IMG/VR virus record: IMGVR_UViG_3300008261_000042
Source of the DNA: a virus
Strand: one strand, 5' to 3'
Length of the DNA: 64,000 nt
Below the pieces are notes generated by a model that saw only the letters and a list, made by a program, of their open reading frames with translations, was not told the DNA's origin and made no database searches. This document shows positions 1 through 11,364 of the stretch, one piece after another; position 1 is the stretch's first letter; each line of letters starts with the position of its first letter. A program made the position numbers and the translations under genes.

Positions 1-1
1 T

Positions 2-1408
2 GGTGTTAGAGATCTTGATGGAAATACTTATATTTTAGCAGAAGAAACAATAGGTGCAAATGACAACACATTATGGTTTATTAATGATAATAATAATACA
101 ATAAAATTCACACCAGTTTATCAAGAATTTGTAAGTACAAAAAAAGTAAGATCGGTAAACACTTCCGCTCCAGAATATACAGAATGGAATTCAAATATTC
201 CAGTAACTGCTGGACAATATTTAAAATATAGAAATAATATTTATGTTGTTGTTTCTTCTGGTGTAACTGGAACTTCTGGTTCCGAACCAACTAATACCAG
301 TGGAAATAATTTTCCAAATGGAACTTGCATATTAGCATATTTTACTACAGCAGTAGCACCATTAACTTTTGAAGAAATTTCAGAACTTAGAATAGCTCCA
401 ACTGGAGGAACGCCATTATCTATTAACGGAGATCTTCGATTAGCAAATAATGTTATATCTACTGATATAAATGATTTATTAGTTCGTCCAAATTCTGGTA
501 AAAAAGTTACTATTGATGCTAATACTTCTTTAGTTCTTCCAGTAGGAAATAGTAATGAAAGAGGTGCTCCAGTAAGAGGTTCTGTTAGATTTAACACAAC
601 AATTCTTCAATATGAAGGATACGATGGTACTAACTGGTCTTCTTTAGGAGGAGTTCGTGATGTAGATGGAAATACTTATATTATACCAGAATTATCCCCT
701 GGCTCTAATGAAAATATTTTATATTTCTATAATAATGGAAATAATACATTAAGAGTAACAGAAAACCAAATAGAATTAGATTCTATTGATACTATTAATT
801 CAGTAGATTCAGATATATTAAATTTAAATGCTAAATTAATAACATTCGATAATTTATCTACTTCTATTGATAATAATGGATCTAGTACATTTATTACAAC
901 AACTAAAGATAATCTTGATTTTGGATTATCAAGTGGTTTAACAAATGATCCATTACTTAGATTATCTGATACTGGTGATATTTACTACAATCTTGGTTTT
1001 GGTTCTGGAATCTATAATGGTCTTAAAATATTAGATACAGATTTAAAACAATTTGAGTTAGCTGATTACAAACTTTCTACATCTAAAGTTATTTTAAATA
1101 GAGGAACTGTTAATTCAGGAAGTTCTGTTATATATAATCCAGCTGTACATGCTTCTGCTAAGGTTCAAGTTATTGCTCATAATACTACAACAGGTGATAA
1201 AGAATTTATAGAATATTCTGTAATTGATAAAGGATCTGATATATTCTTTACTGATTTTGGCAATGTTAAAACAGGAGCAGAATTAATTTCATGTATATTT
1301 GATTTTAATGCTAGCAATAATGTTCGTATAACATTTACGTTAGATACTACTATAACTGCTGGCAATTTAGTAGAGGTTACTGTTATTAGTAATATTATTA
1401 AGAGGTAA
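2..1408 (+). CDS. 3' part of a large virion structural/tail-associated protein (starts before the window; missed by the ORF track)
   Basis: Frame 2 reads GVRDLDGNTYILAEE... to ...SNIIKR-TAA(1406-1408); I translated the first ~660 nt and the 3' end. Internal repeat GVRD(L/V)DGNTYI at 2 and 650. Fibre-type motif LPVGNSNERG..RFNT..QYEGYDGTNWSSLGG. Confidence 0.8.
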   Translation, partial: GVRDLDGNTYILAEETIGANDNTLWFINDNNNTIKFTPVYQEFVSTKKVRSVNTSAPEYTEWNSNIPVTAGQYLKYRNNIYVVVSSGVTGTSGSEPTNTSGNNFPNGTCILAYFTTAVAPLTFEEISELRIAPTGGTPLSINGDLRLANNVISTDINDLLVRPNSGKKVTIDANTSLVLPVGNSNERGAPVRGSVRFNTTILQYEGYDGTNWSSLGGVRDVDGNTYIIPELSPGSNENILYFYNNGNNTLRVTENQIELDSIDTINSVDSDILNLNAKLITFDNLSTSIDNNGSSTFITTTKDNLDFGLSSGLTNDPLLRLSDTGDIYYNLGFGSGIYNGLKILDTDLKQFELADYKLSTSKVILNRGTVNSGSSVIYNPAVHASAKVQVIAHNTTTGDKEFIEYSVIDKGSDIFFTDFGNVKTGAELISCIFDFNASNNVRITFTLDTTITAGNLVEVTVISNIIKR

Positions 1409-1410
1409 AC

Positions 1411-1920
1411 ATGGCATCAAATTTAAAAACGTTAGATTCTGTAGGTGGATTTTCAGTAGATAATACTACTTTAATTAATGAAAAAAAAGATATCAAAAAT
1501 GCTAATTCTTTAGAGGTTAAAAATTCTTTTTATCAAGATAGTTCAACTACATATTATATTTTACGTGGATTAAATACATCGACACTTTCTTTAGATGATG
1601 TCGGAAGTCAAATTATTCTTCCTTCAAACACTATTAATTTTATTACTGCAAGTATAGTTGCGGTTAATGCTACTGGAGGTGGTCATTTATCTTCAAAAAT
1701 TGAAAGCGCCGTTTCTGTTGGATCTAATGGTAATGTACAAGAATTGTCATCAATGACTACTATTATTAAAGATAGTATTCCAGAAGGAGAGTCTTGGACA
1801 ATACAACCTTTTGATTCTGGCTCTGCAAATAGATATAGTTACTCTACAGTTAGAGCAGGTACAACAGCAACTATTAAATGGGTTGTTTACGTCAAAGTAG
1901 TAAGTATAGCTTGGTCTTGA
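1411..1920 (+). CDS. hypothetical virion structural protein (169 aa)
   Basis: ORF with AGAGG RBS, Ser/Thr-rich beta composition, within the tail cluster. Confidence 0.7.
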   Translation: MASNLKTLDSVGGFSVDNTTLINEKKDIKNANSLEVKNSFYQDSSTTYYILRGLNTSTLSLDDVGSQIILPSNTINFITASIVAVNATGGGHLSSKIESAVSVGSNGNVQELSSMTTIIKDSIPEGESWTIQPFDSGSANRYSYSTVRAGTTATIKWVVYVKVVSIAWS

Positions 1921-1922
1921 TG

Positions 1923-1929
1923 CTAAATA
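1923..1929 (+). promoter_or_regulatory. T4-type late promoter (CTAAATA)
   Basis: TAAATA core in the intergenic gap before the 2876-aa gene. Confidence 0.55.
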
Positions 1930-1970
1930 GTTAAAGAAAATAAAATTTACGCCAGAGGCTCGATAGTAAG

Positions 1971-4900
1971 ATGAGTTTTCAGTTTAATTCCGATAGGGAA
2001 CAAATTAGAGCTATTAATCCTTCTTTAATTGGTAGTAATGAATTAACAATTCGTTCTGGATCTGGATCAAACGAAAAAGAAATCCTGCGAGCACAACTAG
2101 ATGCGAATACGACACTCCCTAGAGTCGGCATCAATAGAACTGGTAATAGAATAGATAGAATTCAAGTAACTAATGGGGGTTCTGGATATACTTTACAGCC
2201 AACAGTTACTTTATCTGCCCCCCCTAATGGAGGAATACAAGCACTAGCTTCAGCAGTAATTAGTGATGGTAGTGTAGTAGCAGTTCTAATTGATAATATT
2301 GGAGGTGGTTACGAAACAGCTCCTTCAGTAACTATTACTGGAGGTAATGGAAATGGAGCTACTGCAGTTGCTTATTTGGATACAGTAGATTTTGAGTTAG
2401 ATATTAATGGTGCAATCAGAACATCGACCTCTATCATTTCCGATACTGCAAGAATTTTAAACCTAGATATTGATAATTTTGTTACTCCAGATGCTCAATT
2501 TAGAGCACCAAATTTAAAAACATATTTAAATAGTGGAGGAACTCCTTGGTCTAGTAATGTTATTATCCAAGAAGGTCAATATAGATACCACAATACTAAT
2601 GTATACCAGGCATTAAATACAGGAACTACTGGAACTACTCCACCACAACATACCGATGGCATTGTATTAAATGGTGAAGTTAGATTTAAACATATTGGTA
2701 TTAGAGCTAATGATGTAAATCAACCTTATTTTAATGAAGGTGGTCAATCTGGAGTATTTCCTAGGTCAATAACTCCACAGTTTGGCGATAGATCCGACAA
2801 GATTGCTACTACAGAATATGTTTTAAATCTAGCTACAAATGATGTTGGTGGTAGAGTTTATGTTTCTGAACAAATTGGTAGTGATTTAAATGATGGTCGT
2901 TCTGCTGTTAATCCAGTTAGAACAATTAAAAAAGCGGCACAAATTGCATGGACAACTCCTGGTGTAAAAGAAACTATTATTGTTTCTGGCGGTGATTATG
3001 TAGAAGATAACCCAATTTCACTTCCACCAGATGCTTCTGTTGTTGGTGATAACCTTCGTCTTGTTATCATCAGACCAAACAATCCAAGAAAACACATCTT
3101 TAAGTTTGGAGATAAGAACTATGTAACTGGTGTTACTTATAGAGATAAGATCGATTCTAATGGTGATCCAGTTGCTACTTGGGATTACGCTATGGTCTTT
3201 GATGACAAACAGCGTATCGAAATTGATTACACAGCAAATGGAGATTTTGGAACTGATTTCCCCGTAGGTCATCAAATTTTTGGTCCAGAAAAATTCCGTT
3301 CAACATATCAAACAAATACTGGTTTATCACAATTAACATCAGGCCAAAGGGTTAAAGGTGTTAATACTGGTGCTATTGGTTTATTAACTGATGTAACTTT
3401 TAATAGAATCACTGGTGCTGATGCTTATGTAAATGGATCTGTTGATTTTAGTATTATTAGTGGTAGTTTTAATGCTGGAGAAACATTTCAATATGGTGGT
3501 ATTGGAGTAGTTCAATTTGCTCAAAATACTGCATACACATTAGGTCAACTTGTGTGGACTGGTGATAATGTATATACTATTACTGTTGCGGGTATTTCTG
3601 GTTCATCTGCACCTTCACATACTTCAGGAGCAATTACAAATGGTAGTGCTGAATTCACTTTCCTAAGGGAAGCATATGAATTTATTTCGACAGATATTCG
3701 TTCCATTAGAGCAGAAGGAGAAGTAGTATTTACTGATTATGATATAACAACTGCTTTACCTATCGTAAGAATTGATTTTTCAAAACAAGGCGATCCATCC
3801 GTAGCCACTGGCGGTTTTGGTGACTATGGAACTCCAGAAGATCTTGGTGGTATTGTTTTCTACACTAATGCTCTTGTTGGTAGACAAAATACTCATAATT
3901 TTAAAGAAGGTCAAGAAATTTTAATTTCTAATCTTCCAACATCATCTCCTGATCTTTCTTTCTTAAATGGCAAGCAAAGAATTTACAAAGTTTTAGAAGA
4001 TGCAGATGGAAGAACTAGAAGATTTGTTATTCCAAAAAAGACTACAGTAACTATAGATTCAAATTTTGATCCTGGTCAATTTGCTAGTGTAAGATCATAT
4101 TCCAGATCAGTAACTCTTTCATTACTAAACTCCCCAAATAAGTTTCCTGTAGCAACTCCAGTAGCTAGAAGATATCAGGATGCTTGCTTGCAAATCAGAA
4201 ACAATATTGATTTTATTGCTGATGAAGTTGTAAGAAAAATCAATGATCAATTTAAACAAGAATATTTTAGTGTTTATGGTATTAGTGGGGTAGAGTTTAA
4301 AATTTATCTTGGACCATCGAGATTTATCCACACTTATGTAAGTGGAGGTACAGTAAGATTCAATAATACTAATTATAATATTACAAATTTTGTTTATGAT
4401 AATGTGGTAACTGGAGAGGCTACTATCACAACATCTATTCCAGTTGCTTCATTAACAGAAGATAGTATAGTAAAACTTTCTGGAATTGTTGTAGAATGTG
4501 ATATTGATGGCGTTACAACACAAAAAGTATACCCAAGTTTTAATATTCCAGTTAGTGATTCCAAGTGCCGTAGAGATATTGGTCACTTCTTAAATGCTGT
4601 TTGTAGAGATTTAGAATTTGGTAGTAATTATAATATTATTAATGCAGCCAAAAAATATATCTCTGCTGGCCAAATTGACCTTGTAGATTATGAAATTACT
4701 CAAACAATTCGTGCTATTGAGTATGCCAGAGAATTAGCAATTTATGCAATGAGGAAGTGGAGGACTGGTAATGGTACTCCATCAGATCCAGTTTATGTTC
4801 CTCAGTATTCTTCTTTACAAAGATACACAGACCCAACCGTAATTGATGATATTTCTTCTCCTGCTTGTGCCAACGTAGCATCAGCTATCAACACTTTATC

Positions 4901-7900
4901 GTATCTATTTGTAGATGTATTAGCAAACGGTGCTTCTGGCACTTCATTAGATGCTGCTTATCTTATTGCTAGAAATAGAGATTTTATTGCTGATGAAGCA
5001 TACGGAAAAACTAAAGCACTATATCCATCATTGAATCTTTCAAATATCAATGAAAGAAAGTGCCGTAGAGATATTAATTTTATTATTAGTGGATTAATAA
5101 GAGACATAATTCTTGGTGGTAATGCTGGTATTGTAACTGCTGTAGAATCATATTTTAGTGGTTCTGTATTAACTGGCATTCCCGAGGCACAAAGAGATGA
5201 AACTATCTATGCTTTCAATCAAGTAAGAGATCTTTGTATCCTTGCTATGAGAAATTGGAAGACTGGAACTAATGGCACTGGATCTGTTTATACTCCATTG
5301 CATACACCAATTCCATTATTTACAGATAATACAATTTTAATTGATCCAAATGTAAATAAATGCGCCACTATAGTTTCAAATATCACAACATCATTTGCGT
5401 TGCTTGAAGATATTTTAGATGGAACTATTTCTCCTGGAGCAACAACAAAAACATTTGGTACATTATTTGATACTGTAAATATCGTAACTTACCCAGATAG
5501 CGTAATTTATGATGCAGATGGAGTTGTTTATACTCCACGTTCTGACTATGATGACTATCCAATTATTGAAGCGTCTCCATACACACAGAACGCATCTGTA
5601 ATTTCATTCCTTGGTGGCGGTGGTGCTCTTATTGATGGTTCCAAAGTCAAGCAACCAAACTGTCCTTTCCCTGGTCTAGAACTTGATGGTTCTGCAACCT
5701 TCCCGAATCAGGGTAAATCGATGGTTGCCGCTGCATTCACTATCGTATCTTTTGGTGGTACTGGTTATAAAATTATCAACGATGGTTATGTTCAGCTTGT
5801 TTCTGTATTCGTTATCTTCTGTGCTGATGGTGTTCTTGCAGAATCTGGTGGATATGCTTCAATTACTAACTCAGCTACAAACTTTGGTATCTTTGCGTTA
5901 AGAGCAAGAGGATACAATGATTTTGCTTACTCATTTGACGTTGGCACTATTACTAACGTGTCATCAACACCAACTGGAAGAACAATATTTACTGTTGATG
6001 GTCTTGGAAGAGAGCCACTTGAGCATTATGTTGTAAAAATTGATGGTTATGAAAATGTAAATCCAGATATTGAATACTTTATTGATACTGTTGGTGCAGT
6101 TACTGTTGGTCCTCCTTTCTCTGCTCAAATTACCATTGAGTCTGGATCTGGAGGAGGAGCAGAATTTAAGTCAATTTCTACTGGCCAAGCTGTATCATCT
6201 TCTACATTAACTGGGAAAACAATTAGATTACATAGACCATCTATTGTTAACTCTTCCTCACATACTTGGGAATTTGCTGGTTCTGGTACAAATTATAATG
6301 CTCTACCAGAAAATGGTGGTGTTAAAATTGAAGCATACGAACAAGTATCTCAAGACTACGGGCGTGTTTATGTTTCTGGTACTGATGAACTTGGTGACTT
6401 CAAGGTTGGTACATTTGCTCGTATTGAAAACAGAACTGGTAATATTACTTTCACTGGTACAGTTACCATTTCGGAAGTTGAATTCCTTAAGTTAAAAGGT
6501 GGCGACGTTGTTGTTACTGGTTTCGATGCTTCAAATACTCTTGGAGGTGCTAATTCAACTGACTCTAAACTACCAACTCAGAAGGCAGTTAGAGACTATA
6601 TTACTAATAACTTAGGCCCATACATCAACAAGCCATATTCAACAAATGCTGTTCCTAGAGCACTTGTTGAACTGACAGATTCTGGCAAGATTTCAATTGA
6701 TCAGATTCCACCACTAAGACCATTTAGTGTATTTACAGTTCCAGACCAAACATCTCGTCTTGCTATTGAAGGAGCACTTGCTGGTGATATTGCGATTCAG
6801 CAAGATACTTCAACTTCTTACATTCTCAATAATGATAATGGAAGTTTATTCGTATCATTTAATATAGATCCAACTTTACAATTTACTACTAATGATGTAT
6901 TTACTGGTAGTATTTCTGGAGGAAAAATTCAGGCAACTGAATATAGACAGGGAGTTGTTTATCAAATTAATTTAACTGACCCAGGATCTGGATATACTAC
7001 AACTCCAGTTATAACTATTACTGGAGGAAATCCACAAGCAGGTGCTATTCAAGCAGCAGCTACTTGTACAATTGCTAATGGTCAAGTTGTTACTGTTAAA
7101 ATAGTATCGTTTAATGGATTGATCGGCGGTAAAGGATACACAACTCCTCCAACTGTTACTTTCTCTGCTCCATCTGGTGCTGGCACACAAGCAACTGGTG
7201 TAGCATTAATTGAAAGTAGATTATACGGAGATATCGTCAATAATATTAAAATGGGAGAGGCTGATACAATTCAGTCAAGTGATATTCCAGCAGAAACTAT
7301 TGAAATCAATAGAGTTGTAAATACCTCTGCTTCTAATAATAATAACTGGGTATCGCTTTCAACAAATCAAATTGCTGCTTCTGATATCACATCTGGGGTT
7401 ATTGCTACTTCTAGACTTGCTAATAACTCAGATGCTGCAAACTCTTTCTCATTCTTGAGAGGTGACCAAGCATATGCTCCAGTAGTTCAATCAATTAAAG
7501 GAGCAGAGAATAGATATTTTGCCAAATTATATTCACAAGCATCTAGTGGTTCTTCTCAATTATTATTTACAACAAATTCAAATACTTTAGTTGGTCATAC
7601 AGTTGTAAATAATCTTACTGGTATTCAAGCAAATACTAGTATCAATGGTGTTATAACTTCTGGTGGTATTACCACAGTATCATTAAACAATCCATTAACA
7701 TCTACAATAGCAGCTGGAACTATTATTGAATTTGAAAGAGGTGCTTCACCACTTGTATTTGAATCTTCATTTACTCAAGGTGGATTTGTTGATAGTATTG
7801 TTATTGCTAGTGGTGGTTCTGGATTTACTAATGGTCAGTATTTTGATGTACCACTAACTGGTGGTTCTGGAACAGGTTTAAGATCTAATATTATTGTTTC

Positions 7901-10601
7901 TAATGGAATTGTAACAGAGCTTACTGTAACTAACTCTGGTGCTGGATATACTGCAGATTTTAATGTTTCTTCTGCTCCAGCAGAACTTGGTGGTGGATCT
8001 GGTTTAGTTTTAGCTGCAAAAGTCAGTACTGTAAACAGACAGTATGCTAATACCTCTCTCGATATTCAAAGAGTTACTGACCTCACAATTTCGGCAGATG
8101 AATTTGGTACTATTGGTGTTGCTAGATTCAGAAAATCTCAGTTCCTAATCGGTCAATCAGGTAATGGTTCGGTTGTTTTAAAGACTGGAGCAGATAGTGG
8201 ATTAGATGCTGACTTGTTAGATGGCGCTCAAGGTTCTTACTATCTTAATGCTTCTAACTTAAACGCTGGAACAGTATCAGTAGATAGACTTTCAGGTACT
8301 TACAATATTAGTATTTCTGGTCAGTCTGGTAATACAATCCGTGTTATCACAAATACTTCAAACCCAACTTCAAATCCATCTCCAAATGCATTCTCAACTG
8401 GTATTGTTGCAGATACAAGAAATAATGTTTCTAATGGATTATCTGATGGAGGAACCAAAAATTTAGTTCTTACATTAAGACCAGGAGGATCAGGATTTAC
8501 TGTAGATGGTGGTGTTAAACAATTAGCATTTACTGATAATGATAATATGTGGTTACGTGGTTCTGGAACCAACGTAGATGCATTTGGTTCTTGGGCTAAA
8601 GTTTGGACTTCCTTAAATGATGGCCCTGGAACTGGACTAGATGCTGATAGATTAGACAATAGACAAGGAACATGGTATCAAAATGCACTTAATGTTAATT
8701 TTGGAACTTTAAGTGATAATAGATTACCATCATATCAATCTAGAAAAGATTTCCAAGATTCAATTAGAGTATTATCATTTACTGGTCAACCAAGATATAG
8801 AATTTTCATCCCAGATGAAATTCTAACATCAACTCCATTCCTTCCTGGTTTAACAGTTAACTTATATAATTCAAATGATCAAGGTACTGGTGTAATTTCT
8901 ATTACTAATGTAGAAATTAATAATGATACAAATGATGTATTTAATAATTACACCATTATCACTGGTACTTTAACTACTGGTAATTTTGTAGGTGCTGTTA
9001 CTATTGGTACAGCAAGTAATAAAAAAGCATTTAGAGATTTTAGTATTGCTACTCTTGATGCAAATGCAGATGGTATACCAGACGGAACTTTTGTTGCTGC
9101 TGCTTTAGAAAGTGATGGAGGAACAGCTAATTTAAGACTTGGAAGAAAAGATGGACAAGCATCTTCTCCTGGATTATATTTTAACTCATCTCAATTAGCT
9201 GCATCTTACAATGCTGCTATCGTTGCTACAGGTGGTAATGGATCAACTGGAAGCGGAACTCTTGATGTCAAAGTTTTAAATGCTGACGGATTTACTTTAA
9301 ATGGAAATACTATTTGGAATGCTGGTAATGTAACATTCAATAGTACTAATGTAGTATCAACTGCTGTTATTCGTGATGCTTCTGGTAATTTTGCTGCGGG
9401 AACAATCACAGCAAATCTAACTGGTGCTGCTTCTCAAAACGTACTTAAAGCTGGCGATACCATGACTGGTTCGCTAACTCTTACTGGTGCTGGAAGCAAC
9501 TTCAGTGTATCTGGAACTTCTGGATTTGTTGGTAATGTTACTATGAGTGGTAACTTAACAGTTGATACAAATACTTTATTTGTTGACTCCACTAATGATA
9601 GTGTTGGAATTGGAACTATATCACAATCAAACCAATCAAAACTTCATGTACAAGGTAATCATGTCAGTGGTCATTCCATCATAAAAGTACAAAGGAATAA
9701 TTCTGATGTAAGTTCAATTGGATTTTATTCACAGTCTTCTGTGAGAGATGCTTTAATATATTCCAACAATAGTGCTCAATTATTCCTAGAAACTGCTGGT
9801 GCTGGAGCTAGTATCCTTCTCGCTCCAAATGGATCTACACGTTTAACTCTTCTTGCTACAGGGGAAGTTGGAGTAAGTAGATCCCCAGCATCTGGATATG
9901 CTTTAGATGTATCTGGTAAGGGTAGATTCTCTACATCTATGGAAATTCGTGATGCTTCTGATAATTCTGGAGCATCGATGTTATTCCTTGGTGCTAGTGG
10001 CTTTAGAAATTTCAGAATTGGCAATCAACTCAATGCTAATGATGTATTTGAAATTACTCCATCTACTGCAAACGGAGGAACAACTTGGGGTACAACTCCA
10101 GCATTAGCAATTCAAGGTGCGAATAATAGAGTTGCAATTAATACCTCAAACTTCTCTGGTACTGATACATCAGTAAGTCCAAATGTAACTAGAAATTATA
10201 ATTTAAATATCCAAGGTGATATCAATATCAATGGTAACGTATTCCAAAATAATGCAGCATTTGTAACTTCTAGATGGACACAAGCAACAAATCAACTAGA
10301 TATCTATAGATTATCTAAAGTTGGTATAAATAAAGCTAATCCAGATTATACATTACATGTTTCTGGAACTATAAATTTTGAAGGATCTTCTTTCACTTCA
10401 CAAGCAAATACAAGTGTTCTTTATGTAAATGGTGATAGACAATATATTGATACTTATGGGGTATTTAAAACAAATAGAAATACCGTAAATGAAGATATAA
10501 CTATTCCTTCAAATACAAATGCTATGAGTGCTGGTCCTATCACTATAAATAGTGGAAGGATAATAACAATTGCATCAGGAGCCTCATGGTCTGTAGTTTA
10601 A
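1971..10601 (+). CDS. very large tail fibre / virion structural protein (2876 aa)
   Basis: Repeated GSGYT..P.V motifs, two CBM-like W/F..N..Y..G..P.HT.G modules, KCRRDI repeats, LDADLLDG/LDADRLD fibre motifs, C-terminal ITIPSNTNAMSAGPITI...WSVV motif. Confidence 0.8.
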   Translation: MSFQFNSDREQIRAINPSLIGSNELTIRSGSGSNEKEILRAQLDANTTLPRVGINRTGNRIDRIQVTNGGSGYTLQPTVTLSAPPNGGIQALASAVISDGSVVAVLIDNIGGGYETAPSVTITGGNGNGATAVAYLDTVDFELDINGAIRTSTSIISDTARILNLDIDNFVTPDAQFRAPNLKTYLNSGGTPWSSNVIIQEGQYRYHNTNVYQALNTGTTGTTPPQHTDGIVLNGEVRFKHIGIRANDVNQPYFNEGGQSGVFPRSITPQFGDRSDKIATTEYVLNLATNDVGGRVYVSEQIGSDLNDGRSAVNPVRTIKKAAQIAWTTPGVKETIIVSGGDYVEDNPISLPPDASVVGDNLRLVIIRPNNPRKHIFKFGDKNYVTGVTYRDKIDSNGDPVATWDYAMVFDDKQRIEIDYTANGDFGTDFPVGHQIFGPEKFRSTYQTNTGLSQLTSGQRVKGVNTGAIGLLTDVTFNRITGADAYVNGSVDFSIISGSFNAGETFQYGGIGVVQFAQNTAYTLGQLVWTGDNVYTITVAGISGSSAPSHTSGAITNGSAEFTFLREAYEFISTDIRSIRAEGEVVFTDYDITTALPIVRIDFSKQGDPSVATGGFGDYGTPEDLGGIVFYTNALVGRQNTHNFKEGQEILISNLPTSSPDLSFLNGKQRIYKVLEDADGRTRRFVIPKKTTVTIDSNFDPGQFASVRSYSRSVTLSLLNSPNKFPVATPVARRYQDACLQIRNNIDFIADEVVRKINDQFKQEYFSVYGISGVEFKIYLGPSRFIHTYVSGGTVRFNNTNYNITNFVYDNVVTGEATITTSIPVASLTEDSIVKLSGIVVECDIDGVTTQKVYPSFNIPVSDSKCRRDIGHFLNAVCRDLEFGSNYNIINAAKKYISAGQIDLVDYEITQTIRAIEYARELAIYAMRKWRTGNGTPSDPVYVPQYSSLQRYTDPTVIDDISSPACANVASAINTLSYLFVDVLANGASGTSLDAAYLIARNRDFIADEAYGKTKALYPSLNLSNINERKCRRDINFIISGLIRDIILGGNAGIVTAVESYFSGSVLTGIPEAQRDETIYAFNQVRDLCILAMRNWKTGTNGTGSVYTPLHTPIPLFTDNTILIDPNVNKCATIVSNITTSFALLEDILDGTISPGATTKTFGTLFDTVNIVTYPDSVIYDADGVVYTPRSDYDDYPIIEASPYTQNASVISFLGGGGALIDGSKVKQPNCPFPGLELDGSATFPNQGKSMVAAAFTIVSFGGTGYKIINDGYVQLVSVFVIFCADGVLAESGGYASITNSATNFGIFALRARGYNDFAYSFDVGTITNVSSTPTGRTIFTVDGLGREPLEHYVVKIDGYENVNPDIEYFIDTVGAVTVGPPFSAQITIESGSGGGAEFKSISTGQAVSSSTLTGKTIRLHRPSIVNSSSHTWEFAGSGTNYNALPENGGVKIEAYEQVSQDYGRVYVSGTDELGDFKVGTFARIENRTGNITFTGTVTISEVEFLKLKGGDVVVTGFDASNTLGGANSTDSKLPTQKAVRDYITNNLGPYINKPYSTNAVPRALVELTDSGKISIDQIPPLRPFSVFTVPDQTSRLAIEGALAGDIAIQQDTSTSYILNNDNGSLFVSFNIDPTLQFTTNDVFTGSISGGKIQATEYRQGVVYQINLTDPGSGYTTTPVITITGGNPQAGAIQAAATCTIANGQVVTVKIVSFNGLIGGKGYTTPPTVTFSAPSGAGTQATGVALIESRLYGDIVNNIKMGEADTIQSSDIPAETIEINRVVNTSASNNNNWVSLSTNQIAASDITSGVIATSRLANNSDAANSFSFLRGDQAYAPVVQSIKGAENRYFAKLYSQASSGSSQLLFTTNSNTLVGHTVVNNLTGIQANTSINGVITSGGITTVSLNNPLTSTIAAGTIIEFERGASPLVFESSFTQGGFVDSIVIASGGSGFTNGQYFDVPLTGGSGTGLRSNIIVSNGIVTELTVTNSGAGYTADFNVSSAPAELGGGSGLVLAAKVSTVNRQYANTSLDIQRVTDLTISADEFGTIGVARFRKSQFLIGQSGNGSVVLKTGADSGLDADLLDGAQGSYYLNASNLNAGTVSVDRLSGTYNISISGQSGNTIRVITNTSNPTSNPSPNAFSTGIVADTRNNVSNGLSDGGTKNLVLTLRPGGSGFTVDGGVKQLAFTDNDNMWLRGSGTNVDAFGSWAKVWTSLNDGPGTGLDADRLDNRQGTWYQNALNVNFGTLSDNRLPSYQSRKDFQDSIRVLSFTGQPRYRIFIPDEILTSTPFLPGLTVNLYNSNDQGTGVISITNVEINNDTNDVFNNYTIITGTLTTGNFVGAVTIGTASNKKAFRDFSIATLDANADGIPDGTFVAAALESDGGTANLRLGRKDGQASSPGLYFNSSQLAASYNAAIVATGGNGSTGSGTLDVKVLNADGFTLNGNTIWNAGNVTFNSTNVVSTAVIRDASGNFAAGTITANLTGAASQNVLKAGDTMTGSLTLTGAGSNFSVSGTSGFVGNVTMSGNLTVDTNTLFVDSTNDSVGIGTISQSNQSKLHVQGNHVSGHSIIKVQRNNSDVSSIGFYSQSSVRDALIYSNNSAQLFLETAGAGASILLAPNGSTRLTLLATGEVGVSRSPASGYALDVSGKGRFSTSMEIRDASDNSGASMLFLGASGFRNFRIGNQLNANDVFEITPSTANGGTTWGTTPALAIQGANNRVAINTSNFSGTDTSVSPNVTRNYNLNIQGDININGNVFQNNAAFVTSRWTQATNQLDIYRLSKVGINKANPDYTLHVSGTINFEGSSFTSQANTSVLYVNGDRQYIDTYGVFKTNRNTVNEDITIPSNTNAMSAGPITINSGRIITIASGASWSVV

Positions 10602-10614
10602 TTTATATAGAAAA

Positions 10615-11364
10615 ATGAGTAGCATATTTGTAAATACGATTCAAGCATCTACTGGGAATACCGTTACTGTTGCTTCTGGAGTAAGTCTTTCTTTAGGAGG
10701 AACGGTATTAAATAGTTCTTCTTTATTGCCAAATCCATCAGGTCAAGCTGGGAAAATTTTAAAATCAAATGGCTCTTCATTCATTTATGATGTTGCTGGA
10801 GTAAAACAAGTTTTAGTTTATACTTCAAATGGAAGTTATACGCCATCTAGTGGAACTAGACTAGTATACGTTAGATTAGTTGGAGCTGGTGGAGGTGGTT
10901 CTGGTTATGGAGAATCTGGAGGTTCTGGTGGTTACGCAGAAGGATTTGTAGACATGACTGGAGTAAATAATGTAAATATTACTATAGGCACTGGAGGAAC
11001 TGGGTCATATTATTCTGGTGGTGCTGGTGGAGGAACTACCACATCATTTGGTTCTTATATGAGTGCTACGGGAGGAAATGGTGCAAATACTTCTCACCAA
11101 CATTGTGGTGGTCTTCCTGGAGTTGGATCTGGAGGACAATTAGCAATTTATGGTGGTGGTGGCACTGGTCATGGATACAATGGTAGAGGTGGAGGAAATT
11201 ATTTCGGGGGAGCTGGTGCTGCTGGTCATCCACAAGGCGGAAACTTTAATCAAAATCATAACAGCCATCAAATCCCAGGAGTTGGTGGTATAAATGGCTG
11301 GGCAACTAGTTATCCTGGCAACACTGGGGGTAACGGTATGGTAGTAATCTGGGAGTACTCATAA
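10615..11364 (+). CDS. glycine-rich tail-tip/adhesin-like protein, paralog 1
   Basis: Poly-Gly segments, HQHCGGLPGVG and GHPQGG motifs shared with the next two ORFs; follows the fibre gene. Confidence 0.7.
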   Translation: MSSIFVNTIQASTGNTVTVASGVSLSLGGTVLNSSSLLPNPSGQAGKILKSNGSSFIYDVAGVKQVLVYTSNGSYTPSSGTRLVYVRLVGAGGGGSGYGESGGSGGYAEGFVDMTGVNNVNITIGTGGTGSYYSGGAGGGTTTSFGSYMSATGGNGANTSHQHCGGLPGVGSGGQLAIYGGGGTGHGYNGRGGGNYFGGAGAAGHPQGGNFNQNHNSHQIPGVGGINGWATSYPGNTGGNGMVVIWEYS

